NCBI GenBank assembly: GCA_025058985.1
Contig: JANXEB010000044.1
Coordinates: 1 to 32,201 of the forward strand
Length of the DNA: 32,201 nucleotides
Source: Candidatus Aenigmatarchaeota archaeon
Lineage (GTDB): Archaea; Aenigmatarchaeota; Aenigmatarchaeia; CG10238-14; SpSt-28
Direction of reading: 5' to 3'
Shown here in pieces: positions 1-7,900 of the stretch. The position numbers and the translations under genes were made by a program. Position 1 is the first letter of the stretch. Every line of letters begins with the position of its first letter. The notes beneath the pieces are model-generated. The model made no database searches. It had not been told where the DNA came from and worked only from the letters and a program-made list of their open reading frames with translations.

Positions 1-1
1 C

Positions 2-142
2 GAAGATGTAGAAATTGTTGTTAACAAAAGAATTAAGGAAAAACAATCTGAATTGGAAGAAGAAATAAACAATCTAAAAACAAAAGTTTTAGATCTAGAA
101 AACAAACTTAATAAACTATTGGAAATATTGGAAAGTATATAA
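2..142 (+). CDS. 5'-truncated coiled-coil protein (C-terminal end only)
   Basis: Open frame from position 2 (EDVEIVVNKRIKEKQSELEEEINNLKTKVLDLENKLNKLLEILESI*). Its TAA overlaps the next ATG (TAATG at 140-144). Confidence 0.7.
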   Translation, partial: EDVEIVVNKRIKEKQSELEEEINNLKTKVLDLENKLNKLLEILESI

Positions 143-375
143 TGGAGAAAGAATTTGATAAAAAAATAGAAGCTTTAAGAGAGAAGTTAAAAGCTTTAAA
201 AACACTATCAAAAGAAATAGAAGAATTTAAAAGAAGACAAGAAATTTTTGAAAGTAGAGAAATAATAAATAGAATAGAAAGACTAGAAAATGTTATTAAA
301 AATATGCTTTTAATTATGGAGCAATACATAGAAATAATAACTATTTTATATGAAGGATTAGAAGAGTTATATTAA
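142..375 (+). CDS. Small coiled-coil hypothetical protein (77 aa)
   Basis: E/K-rich heptad-like ORF with TAATG stop/start overlaps at both ends. Confidence 0.7.
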   Translation: MEKEFDKKIEALREKLKALKTLSKEIEEFKRRQEIFESREIINRIERLENVIKNMLLIMEQYIEIITILYEGLEELY

Positions 376-1235
376 TGGCCGAAAATAAATTAGTTATAAA
401 AAATTTTTTAATATTTACAATTATTTCAATATATTTTTTAGCTCTCGTTTTTGCTAGAAACGAATTAACTATTCCAATTCAAATAAAAGAAATATCTCAT
501 ACTAAAGAAGTAATAAAAATTGACATAAAAAAATCTAAAGAAATAGAACATTTCATTCCAGGATGTAAAAATTTATGTGGAGATGGGATATGTCAAGAAA
601 TTGTTTGTCTTGCAATAGGATGTCCTTGTCCAGAAACTAGTGAAACTTGTAAAGAAGATTGTAAAGAGTTAAAGGAACTGAAACCAGTTATAACATTACA
701 AACAGATGCTTGTATTAAAATTTCTCCACTTGAAGAAAAACCAATTATTATTGATGAAAAACCAGTTGAATTTAGTGGTATGGAAGAAGTTCCAATTTTA
801 GTTGAGGCAAAATTTACAATTCCATCAAAATTTAATATTACTGAAGAGAAAACTTCTATTAGAATTAGTTTGGATAAAAATAAAAAAATTGCAAATCTTG
901 AAATTAATAATGTTCTAATAACAACAAAAGAAAATTTGAAAATAGAGAATTCTTCTTTAAAAATAGAAACTAAAAAAAGAGATGTTGTAGTAAATATAAC
1001 TCCAGAATTAGCTAAGTATATTATAAATAATAAAGAAAAATTACAAGAAATTAAAAAAATTGAGCTAAAAAAATTTGATGATAAAGTAGTTTATGAAATT
1101 AATGGCTTAAAAAAAGTTAAATTGTTTTGGTTAATTCCAATATTAATAAACATAAAAAGTAACATAAATGTAGAAAATGGTGGAATAGAAAAAATTGAAA
1201 AATCTTGGTGGAGTTTTTTTATAAAAAGTTCATGA
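375..1235 (+). CDS. Membrane-anchored extracellular protein with Cys-rich CGDGIC...ETC.EDC motif and PepSY-like C-terminus
   Basis: N-terminal hydrophobic segment; CKNLCGDGICQEIVCLAIGCPCPETSETCKEDC; C-terminal KLFWLIPI...INVENG...SWWSF. Confidence 0.75.
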   Translation: MAENKLVIKNFLIFTIISIYFLALVFARNELTIPIQIKEISHTKEVIKIDIKKSKEIEHFIPGCKNLCGDGICQEIVCLAIGCPCPETSETCKEDCKELKELKPVITLQTDACIKISPLEEKPIIIDEKPVEFSGMEEVPILVEAKFTIPSKFNITEEKTSIRISLDKNKKIANLEINNVLITTKENLKIENSSLKIETKKRDVVVNITPELAKYIINNKEKLQEIKKIELKKFDDKVVYEINGLKKVKLFWLIPILINIKSNINVENGGIEKIEKSWWSFFIKSS

Positions 1236-1762
1236 AGAAAATTCTCAATGTTGGTTGTGGTAATGATACATACGGAACTCACTTTGTAGATATTTATTCA
1301 ACGAGAAAAGAAGTTATAAAATGTGATGTAGATGTGGAAAAACTACCTTTTCCAAACAATTATTTTGATGAGGTTTAGAACATCTTAGAAATCCAGGTTT
1401 TGCTCTTGAAGAAATGAAAAGAGTATGCAAAAAGAATGAGAACTGATAACGCTGGTTTTTGGGAATTTCACATACTTGGTACTCACGTTAAACCAAAGAT
1501 AAATTTAAAAAGACTTAGTTTTTATAAAGGTTTTGGTGAATTGGATACACATTATTGTTTGTATACAAAAGAACATTTGATAAATCATTTTAAAAGATTA
1601 AAGCTAAAAATAGAAAGTATTGAATTTATTGATTTCGATAGGAAAAAAGAAAACCTAGGTAAATATAGACCCTTTCTTAATTTAATTTCATATTTTTTAA
1701 GACTTTTCAAAATATTTGAAAATCTTTCTTATCCACGAATAAAAATAGTTGGAAGAAAATAA
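1232..1762 (+). pseudogene. Class I SAM-dependent methyltransferase (Methyltransf_11-like) broken into three reading-frame segments
   Basis: ATG at 1232 (ATGA overlap) gives MKKILNVGCG...LPFPNNYFDEV* (TAG 1376-1378). LEHLRNPGFALEEMKRVCKKN continues in another frame (1375-1437), then RTDNAGFW... resumes at 1439 and runs to the stop at 1762. Confidence 0.8.
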
Positions 1763-1836
1763 TGGGCCTGGCGGGATTTGAACCCGCGACCTACCGGTTA
1801 AGAGCCGGCTGCTCTACCATGCTGAGCTACAGGCCC
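1763..1836 (-). tRNA. tRNA-Lys(CUU), no intron, CCA not encoded
   Basis: Reverse complement: GGGCCTG TAGCTCAGCATGGTAGAGC A GCCGG-CT-CTT-AA-CCGGT AGGTC GCGGG-TTCAAAT-CCCGC CAGGCCC A. Confidence 0.96.
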
Positions 1837-2571
1837 TTATAAATAAACTAAACCTATTCCAAATCCTTTTTGGTTTTTATCATAAATTATTTCCCTACAT
1901 CTATAAATTCTTTTAACTTCATACCAAAGTTTATATACTTCTATTTTTAAAAGTTCATTAGGTAAAATATCGTGTAAAGCTATTATACTATTTTTTCCCG
2001 CAAATTTTTTATAATTATAGAAATCTTCTTTAACAGCTTTATATCTATGATCACCATCTATAAAAATAAAATCTACTTTTTTATTACTAAGTATATTACT
2101 AACAATATTAAGAACTTTCTCGTCATTAGATCTTCCTCTTATAAGGAATAATTGTTGATTATCTTTAACAAAAGATCTATACAGATCTATTTTCCACTTC
2201 GAATATCCTCCGCCAAGATAACCATGTGGTAAATCTATACTAATAATTTTAGCATTTTCTCTAGCAAGCTTACAAAAACAAAATAAACTTCCTCCATTAG
2301 CGGTTCCTATTTCTATTATATTTCTTGGTTTATGTCTTTTAAATATTTTTAATAAACCAACAAATTCTTCCTTTAATTGCATAGGTCTTATTAATCCGTT
2401 TAAAAAATTATAAGAAAAGTCGAAAACTTCCTCTACATTATTCGACTCAAAATTTCTAACAATTTCAATCACTTTTTTAATTCCTTTTTTAAAGACTATT
2501 TTGTGTTTTATATGAATAAGAGAAAAATAAACAAAAGATGCTAAATCTTTTATATAAAAAGAATTATTCAT
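1837..2571 (-). CDS. Class I SAM-dependent methyltransferase (Methyltransf_24-like)
   Basis: IEIGTANGGS motif I, SIDLP, DFIFIDGDH.Y...D and IALHD motifs. Confidence 0.85.
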   Translation of the reverse strand: MNNSFYIKDLASFVYFSLIHIKHKIVFKKGIKKVIEIVRNFESNNVEEVFDFSYNFLNGLIRPMQLKEEFVGLLKIFKRHKPRNIIEIGTANGGSLFCFCKLARENAKIISIDLPHGYLGGGYSKWKIDLYRSFVKDNQQLFLIRGRSNDEKVLNIVSNILSNKKVDFIFIDGDHRYKAVKEDFYNYKKFAGKNSIIALHDILPNELLKIEVYKLWYEVKRIYRCREIIYDKNQKGFGIGLVYL

Positions 2572-3823
2572 CTCTCTTAAGAAAATTTATTAAATCACCA
2601 AAACTATTAAATAAAATCTCCTCTCTTTTTTTCATATCTTTCAACCTAAATATTCCTTTTTCTATTTCTTCTTTTCCAACAAGAATAACAAAAGGTATTT
2701 TTTTGTTATTTGCATATTCTAGCTGCGATTTCAAATCTCTATTCTTTAAATCATACTCTGTTTTTATTCCATTCTCTCTTAGCTTTAATACAATTCTAAT
2801 AGCATCAATTTTTTGCTCCTTTTTAATATTAGCGACAAAAACGATTTTTTGCTCCTTCTTATATTCTGATTTAAGTAAATTAAAAACTCTTTCAACCCCT
2901 ATAGAAAATCCTACAGCTGGTAAATTTCTTTTTCCAACTTTTCCAATTAAATTATCATATCTACCACCGCCAGCTATAGAAAATTTTTCTTCTTCAACGG
3001 AAACTTCAAAAATATTTCCTGTATAATATTCTAAACCTCTAGCTAAACTAAAATCAATTTTTATTTTTTTATCAAACCCATAAATCTTAGACAAATCCAA
3101 AAAATCAAAAATTTCTTTACTACCATCTAACTCACTAATATCATATATTTTTTTATTTTCTATAAAATCAAAAATTTTTTCTTCATCTACTCCAATTTTT
3201 CTAAGCTCTTTTTTAACATTTTCTTTACCAATTTTATCTAATTTATCAAGTATTCTTAAAATTTCTAAGGATTTGTTGGCTAAGTTAATTTTTCTGAAAA
3301 AGCTATTCATAACTTTTATATTGTTTAATCTTAAAACAAAATTTTTTATACCAAGTTTTTCCAAAGCTTCTAAGCCACAAGCAACAACCTCAACGTCAGC
3401 CTCTATACTATCACTACCAACAACGTCTATATCAGCTTGATAAAATTCTCTCAATCTATTTTTTTTAACATCTTCGTATCTCCAAACTTTTCCTATTTGA
3501 TATCTTTTAAAAGGAAGCTGTAAATTTGGATTATTTGCCACGAATCTTGCTAATGGCAAAGTCAAATCAAATCTTAAACCAATATGCCTTCCTCCAAAAT
3601 CTTTAAAATTATATATTTGAGATTTTATTTGTTCACCAACATCTTTTATAGAAAGTAGCTCAAAAGTTTCTAAAACAGGTGTTTCCAGAGGTAAAAAACC
3701 ATATTTTTCAAAAACCTCTTTTATATCATCTAAAATATTATTTCTTAAAAACGCTTCATCACCAAAATAATCAGCTGTTCCTTTAACATTTTGGAATTTC
3801 ATAAATTTAATTAAACTATTCAA
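2564..3823 (-). CDS. hisS: Histidyl-tRNA synthetase (true start possibly ATG at 3802)
   Basis: KGTADY, LRFDLT, R.REFYQADID, ARGLEYYTG, GGGRYDNL, AVGFSIG.ER and a C-terminal anticodon-binding domain. Confidence 0.97.
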   Translation of the reverse strand: MNSLIKFMKFQNVKGTADYFGDEAFLRNNILDDIKEVFEKYGFLPLETPVLETFELLSIKDVGEQIKSQIYNFKDFGGRHIGLRFDLTLPLARFVANNPNLQLPFKRYQIGKVWRYEDVKKNRLREFYQADIDVVGSDSIEADVEVVACGLEALEKLGIKNFVLRLNNIKVMNSFFRKINLANKSLEILRILDKLDKIGKENVKKELRKIGVDEEKIFDFIENKKIYDISELDGSKEIFDFLDLSKIYGFDKKIKIDFSLARGLEYYTGNIFEVSVEEEKFSIAGGGRYDNLIGKVGKRNLPAVGFSIGVERVFNLLKSEYKKEQKIVFVANIKKEQKIDAIRIVLKLRENGIKTEYDLKNRDLKSQLEYANNKKIPFVILVGKEEIEKGIFRLKDMKKREEILFNSFGDLINFLKRDE

Positions 3824-3832
3824 AATTATTTT

Positions 3833-4939
3833 ATGATTATAGTTAATTTTAAAAACTACCTAGAATCTTCTAACAAAAATGGTATAAAGCTTGTTAAAAT
3901 TTGTGAAGAGGTTTCGAAAAAATTTAATGTAGAAATAATTGCTTGTCCAAATTTTATAGATATAAAAGAAATTGTTAAAAAAGCAAAAATAAAAATTTTT
4001 TCCCAACATATAGACCCTATAGAAGATTTTGGAGCATTTACTGGCTCTACTGTTGCAAGCTATTTAAAAAATATTGGTGTAAAAGGAAGTTTAATAAACC
4101 ACTCTGAAAAGCCATTAAAAATTAAAGAAATTAAAAAATGTGTTGAAATATGTAAAAAACTTAACCTAACTTCAGTTGTTTTATCTAGTAAAATAAATCA
4201 AATAAAAAAAATAGTAAAATTTAAACCAAACTATATCGCTTATGAACCAAAAGAACTAATTGGTGGTGATATAAGTGTTTCTACTGCAAAACCAAAGATA
4301 ATAAAAAGAGCTTTTGAAATTTGTAGAAAAGAAAATATTAAGTTACTAGTTGGAGCTGGTATAAAAAATGGTCAAGATGTAAAAAAATCTAGAATATTTG
4401 GAGCTAAAGGAATTTTAGTTTCTAGTGGCGTTGTAAAAGCTAAAAATCCAAAAGTTACACTAGAAGATTTTGCAAGAAATATAAAAATAAAGGGACTTTT
4501 TGTTGGAAGATTTCAACCATTACACTTAGGTCATGTATATGCAATAAACCAGGCTTTTGATCTTTTTGATGAAGTAATAGTTGGTATAGGATCTTCTCAA
4601 TATTCTAATGAACCAAGAAATCCTTTTTCTGCAAAAACTAGAGAAAAAATGATAAAAGCTGTTTTTAAAAACAGAGAAAACTTAAAAATAGTTAAAATTC
4701 CTGATTTTAATAATGACGAAATTTGGACAAATTATTGTTTAAAAAGTTTTGACTTCGATGTTGTTTTTACTGGCTCTAAACATGTTATAAAATGCTTTGA
4801 GGGAAAAAAAGAAATAATAAAGCCTTTGATTTTGAAGCCTAGAAACATTTATAGAGGGACTTTTATTAGAAAATTGATGAAAGAAAATGATGAAAAATGG
4901 AAGGAATTAGTACCGAAAGAAATTATTGGATTATTTTAA
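3833..4939 (+). CDS. tpiA: Fusion of archaeal-type triosephosphate isomerase (N-terminal ~217 aa) and nicotinamide-nucleotide adenylyltransferase NadM/NMNAT (C-terminal ~150 aa)
   Basis: TPI motifs NFKNY, NHSE, AYEP, LVGAG and G.LVSS, followed in frame by GRFQPLHLGH, GIGSSQ, NPFS..R, IPD...W and W.ELVP. Confidence 0.9.
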   Translation: MIIVNFKNYLESSNKNGIKLVKICEEVSKKFNVEIIACPNFIDIKEIVKKAKIKIFSQHIDPIEDFGAFTGSTVASYLKNIGVKGSLINHSEKPLKIKEIKKCVEICKKLNLTSVVLSSKINQIKKIVKFKPNYIAYEPKELIGGDISVSTAKPKIIKRAFEICRKENIKLLVGAGIKNGQDVKKSRIFGAKGILVSSGVVKAKNPKVTLEDFARNIKIKGLFVGRFQPLHLGHVYAINQAFDLFDEVIVGIGSSQYSNEPRNPFSAKTREKMIKAVFKNRENLKIVKIPDFNNDEIWTNYCLKSFDFDVVFTGSKHVIKCFEGKKEIIKPLILKPRNIYRGTFIRKLMKENDEKWKELVPKEIIGLF

Positions 4940-7900
4940 TTTTTTTATTAATACAATTTTCTTATTCACAAATTGCAAATTTAATCATCTATCCAACACA
5001 AATTTATGAATGTATCAAATTTAATAGAAGTAGTATATGTAATCTAACTAACATAGTTACGAATGATACCTTATACGAATATCTAGATATAACCGATTCT
5101 TCATCCAGAAAATTTGGTAGAATAAATGTTTCTTTTTTTAACTTATCAATACCACACCACTGGATAAATGTTCTTAGAATTTACATAAAAATGAGATCTG
5201 ACGATTATGAGTTGATGTTTGGACAACATCCTACTCCATTAGGAAATAATGAGAAAGATGAATGCTACATAGCAATTTCTGAAAACTCTACTGGAATATT
5301 TATATACTCCTATGTTCTAACTCCATCATATATAAGTTGTAAAAATTTTTCTAATATAAGTTTGTTCATACAAGAGTTTGAGGTGACTAGCTTTTTAAAC
5401 CACATTAACAAAATAAGAAGTTCGGCAATTTCGTGGAGAGGTTACGATGAAAATGATTTACGAGTAGGTCTTGCTATTGATTTTATCCATATAATAGTTA
5501 ATTATTTCAATTTAACTTTTTCAAATTGGAATTTATCTAAGAGTGAAATCAATAGAGGAGAACTAGTTAATATTCATGCATTATTTAATATAACAGATGT
5601 AAATCATACTTTCTTGATTATAACAACTCCTTTGGGAGAAATTGTTGTTCTAAACAGAAGTTATGCTGGTATAAGTAATATTTCTTTATATCTATATTGG
5701 GTAAACTATACTTTTAATAGCTTTGAAAGAACTTACAAAATAGCTGGAATATATTCTTTTGGTCCTATTTTTGTTAACAACTCATTTGGTGGATACAATG
5801 CAACATTTCCTAAGTTAAACCTAACTCTATGGTCTTTTCCTATGATAGAAAGAATATTTCCAGAAGATTACTATATATACGTAAATGAAAATATAAATAT
5901 CCTTTGTGCTGTTTCAGACAATACAACTTTATATCCATTATCACGACAACCTGTTAGATTTTGGATAGACGGCAGTGCTGATGATTTTAATAGAACAACT
6001 AATGAAAGTGGTATTGCAACTAGAGGATTTCTCTCTTCTTCTGTTGGCAATCGTACAATAGACTGTGAAGTATTTGGAAATATCTCATCTTATTATAAAC
6101 AAAATTTAATATTACGTCAAAACAAATCTTCAACATGGGTTAAAGTTTTAGAACTATCAGCAATTCCAAAGTTAAATAAAACCACAAATATAAAAGTGAG
6201 AGAACCTATAAGAATTTTTGTTAATATTACAAACGCTAGTTTTATAAAAAATGTTAATGCGGCTATAAATTATCTAAAAATAAACTCTTCGGGATCTTTT
6301 AACATAATAGAATTTTATAACTTAACATTTAGTAGAACTTATGCTCCAGACTTACAAGAATATTGTTTAGACTATATTCCTAACTCTTCAGGTCTTTATA
6401 ATGTTTATATAACAACAGAAGCAAATCAACGCACAGCTTTCAATTCTACTTCTTTTTTTGTAGATTTTGGTAGAATAGAAATAGATGTTGAATTCCCAAA
6501 AAACAAACTATTGATAAACCAAACTTTTTTTGCCAAAATTAAGTTTAAAGCTATTGATGGAGATGTTTTAAATATAAATGCAAGCTTAAATAGCAGTAAT
6601 TATAGTAGATTGCAATTAAACAATGATGTTTTTTTCAATAGTTTGTTCAATTTATCTTCTGGAGAAACATTTACTATAAATAAATTTTGGAATCTCACTA
6701 GCAATGATTTCGGATCTGTTTTGCTAAATATAACTGCTATTCCCTCTAATGGAACATATAATTCAACTTCTTTTAATATATCAATTATTGGTTTCGAAAC
6801 TTTTATCTTAAACAAAACCTTAGATTTTGGTAATTCTACAACAATTAAAGCAGTAATAGAGAAAGATTCTAACGCCACTATAATAGAAAATGTATATCTT
6901 ATAACAAAATTTTTTAATATAACTGATTATAATACAATAGAGCTAACAAATCTAAAAATAGATATGCAACATATTGGAATAGAAAGTAATAAATATATTT
7001 TTTCAACTACTTTTATACCACCGAGAAGCGGAAACTATAGTGGAGTAATAAGTTTAAATTTAACTTCAACAATAATAACAAATAGTACAGAAAATTTTAA
7101 TGTAAGTTTTGGTACATCAAAAATATCTTTTCTAATACCATTTTATTATGTATTAACAAACCAAACTTTTAATATAACAGCAATAGCAGAAGCTTTGAAT
7201 GGAGATTTATGGAATGTTAGTTTTAACTTAACAATATTTGATCAAAAAACTATTAATATAACAGAAAATGAAAATTTTTTCCATGGTAAAAATATTTTTA
7301 TAAAAAATGGTAGTAAGTATTTTGAAAAATGGTTAGCTTTCTCTAACAATAGTGGATTGAATAGAATGATTGTTAGTTTAGTTTCTCTATATAGCAACTC
7401 TAGCGCAGATGAAAGTTTTGAAATTATAGAGCCATTAGAAATGGAAATAGAAAATAATCAAACTTATATAGATGAATTTTCAAATCTAATAGTACCTGTT
7501 GTTGGTAATGCAAGTGAAGTTAATGTTAATTTTACAATTTTCAAAGCTTTTGATTCTGGAGTAGAATCATTCCTTGCAAAAACAGTTACAATTAAAAATG
7601 TTATAGACTGCAATATAGAAATAGAAACTGGTAATGTTGCTTTGTTAGAAAAAGGATCTAGTGCTTTTTCACTTGGTGGAAGTAATGCAAATTTTTCCAT
7701 AGATAATAACAATAATACAGCATGGATAACATTTTCAAAAGATTATCTTATTGTTAATTTAAGAAGTATATTTCCAGTAGGAAAAATAGAACTATTATGG
7801 TTTGGTCCATCAAATAGCTTTGCTAATATAAGTTATATAAATGAGAACAATGAAATAATAATTCTTGAAAAAAATATTTTAATACCAACTTCATTATCAA

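Noticed and set aside
1436..1762. 108-aa ORF as an independent gene
   Set aside because: It is the third fragment of the frameshifted methyltransferase starting at 1232.
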